Under the pieces are notes generated by a model. It made no database searches, was not told the origin of the DNA, and worked only from the letters and a program-made list of their open reading frames with translations. A DNA stretch of 64,000 nt, taken from NCBI GenBank assembly GCA_038087875.1, contig CM075989.1, positions 15,378,001 to 15,442,000 on the forward strand. The letters run 5' to 3'. Of the stretch, positions 52,616 through 64,000 are shown piece by piece. Each line of letters begins with the position of its first letter. Position 1 is the stretch's first letter. The position numbers and the translations under genes were made by a program. The DNA comes from Malacoraja senta (Eukaryota).

Positions 52616-53544
52616 TATTCCTACATGTGACTTTAAAATCTGCTTAGTGGCAAAAGACTGACCTAGCTGGAATCTCTATGCTTCAGTCTCCTGCTGGGGC
52701 CAGATACAGACAGCTTTCTTGTTGGCTTCCGGGCCCGCTGGTGATCAGGCCTCAGACAATGCACTGCCAGACCCACCATCACAGTGTCCAAGACAAACCC
52801 CGAGCAAAGGCCAAGTTGGAAGTAGGTGCCTGCTTTCAAAGTTATAATTTAACTTTTTTTAAATGTTTTTGACATTCACAGCATTTGAAAATTATTAGAA
52901 TAAAAATTAATAATTCAAATATGTTATTTTTCAGTTAATTTAAATACAAAAATAAATGAAAAATCATTAAATTAAAAAGAAAACTAAAGCTAATTACCTT
53001 TGCTTTGCCCCTGCTTCACTGGCTGAGAATCCTACTGAAATCAATGATGTTGCAGATCTCTTGCTGAATCTTAACCTGGGTGCCGAGAGGCAAGATTGTT
53101 GAATGACGCATATTTGTCTGCTATATGGTTTAAAAAATGATCAAAAATTTGGGGAGCAGTCTGGATAACATAATGATAATTTAAAAAGAAAAGTTCAAAC
53201 ATCATAAATAAGGTTTTTTGGCCCATCTGGCCTCTGCTGGCCTCTCAGAGCATTCCCATCAGTCCCATTCCCCCACTTATTTATCTGTCGCCTACTTTCT
53301 CTCGAATGTTTATCCCCACAAATTCTCTCACCATGCCATCTTGCCAATAAGCATCAAAGTTCAAGATCAAATCCTGGTCACTGGACCAATGCAGCAGCAG
53401 CTTGAACAGCTATGCTGCTGCCAGATGCAGGGGACACAGCCCATCGCAAGGTGTTTAAAAAGACATAAAGGGATGGAGTACTCCCCTGAGTTATTCCAGC
53501 ATTTTGATTTTTTGTGAACTAGCATCTGCAGTTCCTTGTTTCTT

Positions 53545-53660
53545 CATCTCCAGGTGCTCCAGCTTCCTCCCATGTTCCAAACTAGGTTAATTGGACACTG
53601 TCAATTACCTTGTATGCATGGGAGTAGGAGAATCTGGAGGGAGGGTGATAGAGTTGTAAA
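53545..53660 (+). mobile_element. V-SINE (HE1-like) central-domain fragment
   Basis: CTCCAGGTGCTCCAGCTTCCTCCCA..TTCCAAA..AGGTTAATTGG resembles the recalled V-domain. Confidence 0.55.
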
Positions 53661-54384
53661 GAGCGGTTGGAAATGAGTGTAAATGCTCAGTGGGACTTTT
53701 TCCAGAGTGCACAACTGAATCCAGCCATTCCATGCTCTTGAAATAACAAATGAATCCGCTCTTAACTTTTGTCAGACACCACCATTCAAACTCATTGGCT
53801 TATGTGGATAAGTACCATCAATTTTCAGCCAGATTTCAAGGAGGTGCTTTGCTTCCAGATAGTTGGAGAAATTTGAGTTTTACAATTCTGATGCAAAGCC
53901 GACATTGTTTAAGTAATCAAGCAATATTTGATGATTACCATATAAAACAAGTGTGTGATCAAATATGGTATTGGTGTTTTAGCATGTACATCTATGCTAC
54001 AAAGATAGCATAGCCCTAGTGCAAAATTGTGTTAATTGATATTAATTCAAATTTTAATTTATAAATCTTAAATTATATTATGTGAATTTATCACAAAATT
54101 CAACATTAACTGGTGGACCATTTATTGATTCATCTAGTTCTTTGATCTTTATTCAGCAGCTTAAGTACACATCAATTATTTTCTTTGTCGCCTTGTCTCA
54201 TATTTAAAAATAAATCAAATGAGTAGAAGCCAGGGAAATAAATCAAGAGCTGTTCAGGCATTAACCCTTGCCGTTGGACTTGCTCCCAGCCTGACATCAA
54301 CTTGGATTTTATCTATTACATGTAGAATTCTGGTATACAAATTCTGCACCCATCAACCTGAGTGGTTAGTCTTCTGAGCTGCCT

Positions 54385-54520
54385 GAATTAGAGGTATTAA
54401 CTATGAGGAGAGGTTGGACAAACTTGGATTGTTTTCTCGGGAGTGCTGGAGACTGTTAGAGGTTAAACCTGTTAGAAGCATATAAAATTATGCGAGGCAT
54501 GGATAGAAGAACAGAATCTG
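54385..54520 (+). mobile_element. Old CR1 3' fragment
   Basis: NYEERLDKLGLFS...EAYKIMRGMDR. Confidence 0.65.
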
Positions 54521-55491
54521 TTCCATTTTGTGCAGTCAATCTCATCTTTAAGCCACCAGAAATTAGACAATTATCATTCTAGTCTCAAATGTTGCCTTGG
54601 CTCCAGCCTGAGGCACAAGGTTTTTCATTTCCTTTACTGAGCTGTCTTATGCCTATGAGAGTAAAATTGTTATTTCAATGCAAAATCATGCCGATTTCTA
54701 AGTTTTGCGTTACTGGTGCATGGCTGTTAGAAATGAGAGAAGATAAAGCTGCTTGCATTAATTCCACATACAATGTTTATATACAACAGACGAATTTAAA
54801 GAATATTCCCAAGTGCATGACTAACCTTTCAAACTATTTAAATGGAAAGTTAACCATCTCTTGGAGACCTATAGTCGCTGTAGTATGCATTAGGGGAAAG
54901 GGGTCTAAGGCACACCAGCACAATTAATCAACGACGGTTTCATGTCAGGATCAGGCTACACTTGCATGTTTAGCTGTTATTATGCATGCAAAACAAAACT
55001 CCACAAGCTTATGATGCCATAAAGAGTTTTACACAGCCATCCAGTTACATGGCACTCCTGCATATATTTCTAGCCATATGCACATCTGAGAAACTATACT
55101 CTGGAGGCCAATGTCTCAATAAAAAAGGAATAATTTCCTGGAATATTGTTGTAAATTAAACCATGGGAGCAAGCGAAGGGGCCAGAGATACAAACGGATA
55201 ATTTTTAAAATGGTAAGAGTGATCAAGACTTCTGGGTATAAGTGGGATGAATTAAGAAATAATTCAATGCAGAAATGAAGAAATATTAAATCATTCTAAA
55301 ATGCTAAATTATGATGAACAGGACATCCTTGCTAATGTGTATAGTTACACAGAAAGGGTATTAACTGCTGCACAGCTTAGCAAGCAGTAAGATTGTTCCT
55401 CTAGACAAAACCTTTTGCTTATCTTTCGTCATTTGCATCGTACAAAATAGCAGTACGGGTTTCCCTAACTGAGGAACACCTTAATCGATAT

Positions 55492-56318
55492 GGTTCAATG
55501 GTCCTTTATTGTCATGTGTACTGAGGTACAGTGAAATTTGATTTACTGTACAGTCATACCAAAGAAGTAACAAGATACAAAACGACATAAAGATTAAACA
55601 TAAACAGCCACCACTGTGGCGTCTGAGAATCCCTTGGGCACACAGCATAAGCGGAGACCAACAGCCATCAGTTCAATGTCCTGGCCACACACACGCTCCT
55701 TCACCATGATGTGACCAGAGTTCTACTGTCCGCTGTCACTCTCTCTGCAGTCCCTGTCCGCCCGAACAGTCAGAAAGCCGTCCACATTCGCACCAGACTC
55801 CAGGATATTCTCATGGCGCGATATCCATGCAAACATCGAGATCACTGCACTCACGGCAATCCCTCCGAGCCCTCACCAGTGCAGGCAGCACTCCATCTTT
55901 TTCATCACATTCCCCACTGATGGAAGGCAAATAACTTTTACCACCTTTCTTCCTTTTCTCCCGTGGTCGGGGCGATCGAAGCTCCCACAGTCAGCGATCT
56001 AAGCCCCCGCATCGGGGCCATCGAGGCTCCCACGATCGGGGCGGTCGAAGCTCCTGCGTTTGGAGCTCCCGCAGTCGATCCCTAACAAAGGGACCCCCAG
56101 CTCCACGATGTTAGGCCGCAGTGTGGATGGAGATACGATACGTAAAAAGTCGCATCTCCGTCGAGGGAAGAGATAAAAAAAGTTTCCCCACACCCCCCAC
56201 ATAACACAAAAACTAAAGGTACACTAAAACATAAAAATAATACAGAATAAAAACAACAAAAGATGAAGCGGACGAGACAGGCTGTTGGCGAGGCTGCCAC
56301 TTATGGTGCCACCCGGTG
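55492..56318 (-). mobile_element. Retroposon B, retaining an APE endonuclease fragment (55598-55930)
   Basis: Head as in element A; translates as ...ALVRARRDCRECS...VDGFLTVRADRDCRES...GHIMVKERVCGQDIELMAVGLR..VPKGFSDATVVAVY. Confidence 0.78.
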
Positions 56319-57162
56319 TTTTTGAAAACAATTCCATGCATTCATGCCAACGATAACAATATGTAATATTAACTAGTAACAAAGCCATTATAGGCTGCGG
56401 TTTCAGTCCATGCAGAGCCGGCTGATCTCAATCAGACTGGAAATGGGTCCCTCAACTAGCCCGGTGTCCTGTGTTTAATGGGGAGGGGGACAAATATATC
56501 TGCTCCATCGGAACCCCAGTTGACAAGTGCTTTAGCATAGGCACGTGGTGGGAATGGGTTCCTTAGTGTGGGCCTGCCTACACGTTACTGTCTAAACACA
56601 AATATGAAGAATGTTCATTGGCATATTCAGGTAACTGCAAATATGACATATAATTCTGCAATAATCATTGGCTTCGAAAGAAAAAGTGAGAAACTTGACT
56701 CAAAATACATTTATTTTGCAAAGATTGTATTATCATCATTTGTTTCCATTTTCTGGCAGTTCCTCGTGGCTGTGGCTCTGCAGCATTTCTGCATGTGTGA
56801 ATGAGTGGCTTGCATATCTGTGGGTAGTTTTATAGCTCTCTGATGGCATTGCATTCAGCTGCAACTTAGATTAAATGCCATGAGTGGCCAACCTGGAATT
56901 TGAAACTAACATTGTTATTGGACACATCCACTTTCCCAAACATTGGTGAGTTGGCTAACATTGTCATGGACAGAGGTTACAAATAATAAGGCATACATAT
57001 TCATCAGGAGCTCATACTTCCCCTCCTGGATTGGGTTCAAATGTCCCACGATAACCTCACCACAGACACAATGAGTCTGATTTTCCACCAATATCTGCAT
57101 TGACCAGTGGGCAGATTTGCCCATATCTCGGCAATGCCCAAGCAGCAGCTATAACATGTTCT

Positions 57163-57369
57163 TCACTTAGACGAGCACACTTGCAGGACACCCGTGCTGT
57201 GCTGGTGAATGTCAGCTGGAGTCCACCAAGTGACCTGTGTCAGTTTTGACAATGAGTCTTCAATCTGAAATAATAATTCCTGTTTTTCTTTCCATAGATA
57301 GATGCTGTCCTGGTGAGTTTCTGATTTAAAAAAATCTTCATTTGATTTCAACAAGGCAGCCAGCTTCTC
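57163..57369 (-). CDS. Candidate terminal coding exon of an unidentified upstream gene
   Basis: Pyrimidine-rich acceptor CTCTCTCCTTATCTATCTGTCAG, then 68 open codons (EKLAALLKSNEDFFKSETHQDSIYLWKEKQELLFQIEDSLSKLTQVTWW...) ending in TGA; non-repetitive; no homologue recognised. Confidence 0.3.
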   Translation of the reverse strand, partial: EKLAALLKSNEDFFKSETHQDSIYLWKEKQELLFQIEDSLSKLTQVTWWTPADIHQHSTGVLQVCSSK

Positions 57370-60300
57370 CTGACAGATAGATAAGGAGAGAGGAACAAAA
57401 GGGCTGATGGAACAAGGGAGGAGGAGAGGTGTGTGGAGGTCAGTGTCAGACTCTGCCTGTCCCAGCATGGGCAGAGTCGCTGCCAGCAGGTCATAGAGAG
57501 TGGGAGAAGTCTATGCCACAGGAAAGGCAAGCAAAGCTTTCTCTTTGATTTCATTGGGTTTATTAATTGTTTTTATGTGTGAGTTGATAATCGTCCTGGA
57601 TTTTTGCATAATTTTTATGTTTTATAGCTCCTGAATGGTTTGAGTGTTTGAGTATGAAAGATTCAATGTGAAGAGCCATCTTAACAACTGGGAGTGTACT
57701 GGCTGTCAAAGCCTGTTTGTCAGCACCACACACCCCTGGCACTGGGAGACGGATCCTATGCTGGTGTGCGTGGCAACTGGTTTTCCAATGAGTTAAGCTT
57801 CTAGTGGCGGGGGATTCCCGGGACCACATTGCAAGAAAAGTGACCATCAGGGTGCGAGGCAGCTGAGGTCATGCTCCACTGGCACTTCCATATCCAGGGG
57901 TTTATCTTCTGGCTTCAACCTGCCCATCACTTGTCTCAATCGCAAACAGTTCTGCAGATACTCAGATCCAGAAATAACGGAAAGAAAATACCGGAAGTTC
58001 TGAGCGAATCAGGCAGCACCAGTGGAGATAGAGTTTACATGTCCGATTGGACCCTTGATAGAATGCTTAGAGATATGCTGGCAACCCTCCATGTTAAGGC
58101 ATTTGGGATATGGCTATTTGCCCTTATGGAATCCATGACTCTGCCCAAAAAAATTGAGATACAAAATACATATACTGCTCTTATGGAACTTATGTAGGGA
58201 GGAAATAAATAAACACAAATTACAAAAGAAACAAATTTTGTCAATTTTTATTAAAATTACATTTCTTGATACATACACAGAAAATATGGTTTTTTTAACG
58301 CATTGCATTTATTTTGCTGTCTTACTTTTCTCTGGCATGCATTTAAAAGTGTACTTCTCCATTCAAACAGAAGGATGGAAGGTAATGAGTGAAGACCCAG
58401 CAGTCTTACACTGTCCTTCACGCTCTCCTCCTCCTACCTGGTTCCATCTGCCCTTTTCTTCCTCTCTCCTTATCTGTCTCTATCTATCACAATGAATGGC
58501 GGTGCAGGCTCGAAGGGCCGAATGGCCTACTCCTGCACCTATTTTCTATGTCTATGTTCTATGTCTATCACTTTCTAGCCTTTAGTCTGTTCTTTTGCTC
58601 CAGTTTGCGACAACTGCAGTTGCTTTTGTTTCCAAATGCAGCCATTGGTTAGTAAGAGAGTTTCTTTGGAAACTGACAAAGCAATTTCTTAAGTGAGGAG
58701 AGATGATCCACTTCGACCTGATGCTGAGCTTCATTGAAAGTTCCAATCTCGACCTAGGTCCCCATCCTGCCCTGGTCCCTAGTGATATAAGGTTGTCCTT
58801 GATTCCTCGCAACTAAGGAATATTCTGCCAATCTAGTCTTAGTTGTAGATAATATTTTCATGCGCCTCCTAGTTCGGTTCTTCAGCCAGCAGGATCAAGG
58901 AAATGCAGCAATGATGATTCCAACAACCTCAATATTCGGCTGAGCGAAATACTCAGTCTAGGTGCAAATGATTTTATCTAGTGATGCATGGGTCTGGTTA
59001 GTTTACTGCTCAGGTTCAGATTGTAGAACTTGCTGTAGTAACTGAAGGCTTCTCGAAGCTATAACCAGTTTCTCCATCAAGTAATCTGGGCAAAGAGAAT
59101 TAACCAAATCCACAAGTTTCTATTTGGCCTCTATGAATCTCTGGGGATTAGATAATGAAGCAATTGATAAGAGCTGACAAATTGTGTAGGAAGGAACTGC
59201 AGTTGCTGCGTTACACCAAAGATAGCTGCAAAAAGTTGGAGTAATTCAGTGGGTCAGGCAGCATCTCTGGAGAAAATGAGTAGGCGACATTTTGGGTCAA
59301 GACCCTTCAGACCCGTTTTGGGTCAAGACCCTTCAGCAGCCTTCTTTTTGCAGGGAGTTTGCCCTGCTGAACATGGTATCAGTGATCTTTTTTTATCTGT
59401 GGTCGGCATATTATCTGAAGATAACAGAAGCGAAAATGGGGTTTGCTTTAATGATCATCATAATCCTAAATTAAGTTATGATGTTGAATAGTGTCATACG
59501 GCACAAAAACAGGCCCTTTGGTGCACTATGCCCAGGCTGTCCATCAAGCACCCATTCACGCTAATCCGTTTTACTTGATCTTAGTGCATGGCCCACCATG
59601 CCTTAGCAATTCAAGTATTCCTTCTGCAGTAAATTGGTTTTAAAAATTCCCATTTCTAGGGATTTACGTATTTGTCTAGAAGCTTCTTAAATGCATCAGC
59701 CACCTTTCCAGGAAAGTGAGTCACAAGATTTATTTTTAAACATCCAAAACAATTATTTTTTTAAAATTGGTGATGCAATTTGTATAATAGCATGGACCCA
59801 GGATTGATGCCTTGTCCAGCACAATGTAGTTTGTATTTGTAATGCGTCACCAGTTGATTGAGCCCAGGTCAACACTGTTCCGTCTGGTGTTGGGCAGGTG
59901 AGCTGCAGATGCCAATTATATAACAACCACACCTGCCTCGCACAGCTCAGCAGAAATGCAACACTGAAATTGTTATCTGATCAGTTTAAGTCCATACTCA
60001 GTTTTATTTTCTAATTTCCCAATTTTGCATGGAAAATAAAGCAGAACCAAGGATTGCATTATCTGTTCTCCTCTTGTTATTGCTGGAATTAAATGCATTG
60101 GGAAGTTAATTACTGAAAGCACAAAAATGTAGTTTAAATATATAACGGAATTCTGCTTGTTTCAATTGCAGTCATAGAAATTAGATCATCTGCAGAGCGC
60201 TGAATCTCACAGTCACTGTGTTTCTGTACAAATCACTATGCACAATGTTTTACAGTCTATCTTGCCATTTCAAATGAAATCTTTATCTGGCATGTTAAAA

Positions 60301-60499
60301 AGCATAATTTTTTAATGAAGGTACTTTAAGTGCAGCTATTTTCATAAAATCAAACCACATTTCCATACTATATCCTTTTGCAGTAAATTGGTTAAAAAAA
60401 CTCCCATTTCTAGGGATTAATTATTTCTGTCGTCCACAGCACTGTTTCTTACATTTGTGCAGCTGCACTGGATACAGGAATATAATGGATAAATTACTG

Positions 60500-61200
60500 G
60501 ATTGGATCTAAAGGCCTGAACTATTGGTCCAGAAACAGAAGTACAAATCCCACAATAACAGCTGGAAAATTTAAATTCAAGTAATTAAATATATTTTGAA
60601 ATGTAAAGTTAGTAGCAATAATGGTGGCTTTGGAAGTACTGGGTTGTTGTAAAATCCCATCTGGTTCACTGAACCCTTCAAGGAAGGAAGGAAGGCTGCT
60701 TTCTTGCCGATCACACATTTGCAAATCTAAACCCAGAAACGTGGTTCAATCCCAACTGCCTTCTGGAAGGGAAAAACAATGAACTGCAGATGTTGGTTTA
60801 CAAAAAAAAAGATGAAGTGCTGGAATAATTTAGCAGGTCAGGCAGCATCTTTGGAGGACATGGATAAGTGATGTTTCAGGTTGGGACCCTTCTTCAGACT
60901 CCAAATAATAATAATAATATATTTTATTGTCATTGCACAAAGGTACAACGAGATTTGGTATGCAGCTTCCATCCGATGTAATAACTTAATTAGCTAAAAA
61001 TGTAGACACCCAGAGAAACATGATTAAAAAAAAGAAGGGTCATAGAAACATAGAAGTTTGGGTCCCAACCCAAAACATCATCTATACATATCCTCCATTG
61101 ATGCTGCCTGTCCCACTGTTGTACTCCAGCACTTTGTGGGGGGTTTTGCCCTCTGAAATGGCCTGGTCAGTTGAAAGGGCAATCAGGATGTAGAATCAAA
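60500..61200 (+). mobile_element. Shark-type SINE (SacSINE1-like) interrupted by an inverted Penelope pLTR (~60770-61145), which itself holds a Rex-Babar tail (~60903-61035)
   Basis: CCCATCTGGTTCACT..CCTT.AAGGAAGGA body motif; TGCC(T/C)TCTG(G/A)AA duplicated around the insert; the tail matches 49877-50010. Confidence 0.6.
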
Positions 61201-62419
61201 AACATCCGTTGCCTGTGATGGAATTTATAATAACTTCAAGAAGCATAGCCCAACTACAATCCAGACTACAGATGATCAAAAGCCCTGTATCTTGGACTAC
61301 GGAATGAGTCTGAAATAAGATCATCAGGCAGCTTTGCACTGGATCCTTTCTTCCATCACAGATTTGGATTATGGTTGCAGCTGCATAAAGGAAAAGTCAC
61401 GTGCTGCACAGAGAGTGCACGTGCCTAATCGCATCAAATGCATAGACTAACACGTACAGATTTCTGAATTGGCAGGCAACATCTGGGCACTCTCAGATCT
61501 TTTGGGATGAAAGCTTGTAATTAAAATCTCTGTAATAATAAAATGTAAATTATCAGTACTGCACTGAGTTTGGCCTCACACCATCAAACACATCTAAAAA
61601 TGTTATTGCTGGCACTTGCTGCACTATATTAACAGGAATTTGCTGTTGTTAACCCTCACATGACTTATGGAAAAATCCTGCAATGCCATTAACAAGGATT
61701 AAAATGTGGCACTTTGTTGGTGTCTGGTAAATTGCATTGATGCTGCAGATTGCACTACTGAAACGATGTATTAGGGATGCCTTTGTTATCAGATCTGCAT
61801 CTGCAATGCAAATCTAGCATTTGACCATAACCATGTTTAGACTGAATCAAATGTGAGGAAGGAGAGTTAGGTTAAGCTTGTTGTACCAACTATACATGAT
61901 CTTAAGGTAAACACGATCTGAGCAGTCAAGACAAGAACATCAGTCAAGAACTTGATGACAATAAACCGCCTAAGTTTCACTCTTCCATCTAATGTAATTC
62001 AAACCCACTGGCTGTGCGACTTTCTGGTACAGTGCTTCTAGACATCATTTATTACCCAGAGAATGTTTGTTGAGTGAGTTCTCCGCTGTTTGAACGTGCT
62101 GCCTGAAGACTCGCACATTATAGTAAAACATTAGGCAGGCATGTGAGAGGCATGTAGTGATGTTGTCACTGTTTCTACCCGGTGGGTTCCTTATTTCTGC
62201 TTCACAGAACACGCAATTTTAATGCAGTATCTTGAGAACTGGATTGAACCAGTTCTGCGCTTAACTAATTTATGCGGTGACCTCTTGAACTCCAGAAGCT
62301 GCACTGAACATAATGATCCCAGGTGTTTGCTGACTCTAATCTGAGTATTATGCAAATATTATTACAGAGGTGAAGAGACTACCACTATGCTGTCAAACAG
62401 CAGTGACATGCAAGCTCCA

Positions 62420-63507
62420 TACTTGAGGCATTTGAAGTAGATAATGGTGCAAAGAATTGAGAACAAATTAGTGTTGAATTAGAAAGTAGAGAGTGCTGAT
62501 AAATGGAGGCCTCCTCTGTAAACAGTTGCACCAGGGTTTGTTCCTAGCGTTCTCTGTTTACACATCATATATGACAGAGCGCAGTACAGTAACATGTTTA
62601 AACAAATCGTTAATGACATCAAATGATAGTGCTTGGAAACTGGCGGAAGAAAGTCTAATAATGGGAAAAGGAACAGCTATAAACAAAAGAGCAAAGTAAT
62701 ACTTAATGGATTTTAATGTGGAAAAGTGCCCTGTTATTCAATTTGGAGCAGGACACACGATTGTAAACCTAATGAGCATGGGCCATTTAAAATAAATTGT
62801 TGGGTTAAGGCAAAAATGGTCAGGGAAGGGTGGCACATCGGCATTGAAACAAAAAAAAGTAAAATTGACCATGATTTTAAAACAAAGTCAAATCATGGTG
62901 GAGTGAATGGTAGCTAATGTAACCCCACTTTTTAAGAAAACAGGGAATTATAGACCAGTTAGCCTGACATCGGAAGATGTTTAAGTTGATTATTAAAGAT
63001 GTAATAGCAGTGACAAGCAGTGACAGGATCAGTCAGTCAGCAAGGATTTATGAAGGGAAAATCATGCTTGACTAATAGACAATAGACAATAGGTGCAGGA
63101 GTAGGCCATTCGGCCTATCGAGCCAGCACCGCCATTCAATGTGATCATGGCTGATCATCCACAATCAGTACCCCGTTCCTGCCTTCTCCCCATATCCCTT
63201 GACTCTGCTATCTTTAAGAGCTCTGTCTAATCTTCTGGAGTTTTTTGAAGAGGAAACAAGTACAATGGATGATCGGGGAGGGGCAATGGGTGTGGTATAT
63301 CTGGATTTTCAAAAAGCCTTTGACAAGGTCCCGCATAAGAGATTAGTGAGCACATGGTATTGGGGGTAGGGTATTGACATGGATAGAGAACTGGTTGGCT
63401 GACAGGAAGCAAAGAGTAGGATTTAACGGGTCCATTTCAGAATGGCAGGCAGTGACTAGTGGGGTGCCGCAAGGCTCTGTGCTGGGACCCCAGTTATTTA
63501 CCATATA
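62420..63507 (+). mobile_element. Degenerate CR1 RT fragments, with an antisense CR1 3' end nested at ~63078-63226
   Basis: ANVTP.FKK, NYRPVSLTS, YLDFQKAFDKVPH and WQAVTSGVPQGSVLGP motifs; the nested tail is flanked by CTAAT. Confidence 0.85.
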
Positions 63508-64000
63508 CAATGCTCTCCATAATGTTTGGGACAGACCCATCATTTATTTATTTGCCTCTGTACTCCACAATTTGAGATTTGTAATAGAAAAAATCACATG
63601 TGGTTAAAGTGCACATTGTCAGTTTTTATTAAAGGCTATTTTATACATTTTGGTTTCACCATGTGGAAATTACAGCTGTGTTTATACATAGTCCCCCCCA
63701 TTTCAGGACACTTGCCCCCTTAATGCTGGTACAATACAGTTCTCAGCACCTAGTCTTTACTCCAGTCTTTCCATCACCTGTGGAAATGTTTATTGCTGTT
63801 TATCAACATGAGGACCAAAGTTGTGTCAATGAAACTCAAAGAAGCCATTATGCGACTGAGAAACAAGAATAGAACTGCTAGAGACATCAGCCAAATCTTA
63901 CGCTTACCAAAATCAACTGTTTGTAGCATCATTAAGAGGAAAGAGCACTGGTGAGCTTCCTAATCACAAAGGGACTGGCAGGCCAAGGAAGACTTCCACA
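63508..64000 (+). mobile_element. Tc1-like transposon of the same family as 1481-2939; runs off the right edge; inserted into a CR1 fragment
   Basis: TA|CAATGCTCTCCATAATG left IR is the reverse complement of 2710-2939; transposase start ATGAGGACCAAAG at ~63808. Confidence 0.9.

Noticed and set aside
56265..56318. HDV-like ribozyme at the 5' end of retroposons A, B and C
   Set aside because: GCC-TCGCC resembles P3/L3, but I could not find the complementary P3, P1 and P2 strands.
59820..59990. E-box cluster as a muscle enhancer
   Set aside because: CAGGTG, CACCTG and CAGTTG hexamers are too short to support a call without conservation data.

Overview
Vertebrate genomic DNA, most likely a cartilaginous fish (skate or ray). 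That assignment is inferred from the repeat content: CR1, Rex-Babar, Penelope/Poseidon-type and shark-type SINEs. The minus strand carries the 5' part of a ZNF280-family zinc-finger gene (ZNF280D-like). It has six coding exons that join in phase (23493 down to 3273, continuing off the left edge) and a probable non-coding first exon in a CpG island at about 44.3-45.0 kb. The rest is mostly nested, decayed transposons: Tc1 copies, a 5-bp-TSD DNA transposon that retains a spliced gene remnant, hAT-like and other MITEs, tandem Helitrons, Rex-Babar, CR1 and RTE LINE fragments, and Penelope elements with minimal hammerhead-ribozyme cores. There is also a processed SRPK1 pseudogene. Best leads: (i) a modular non-autonomous retroposon family whose co-varying central hairpin traces to a deleted LINE endonuclease gene and which carries different LINE-type 3' tails; (ii) the unclassified GTAG..CTAC transposon with a Tudor-like terminal exon; (iii) an SRPK1 retrocopy ending in a CR1 tail; (iv) an 80-nt pre-miRNA-like intronic hairpin. 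All family and gene assignments come from recalled sequence similarity; no searches were run.
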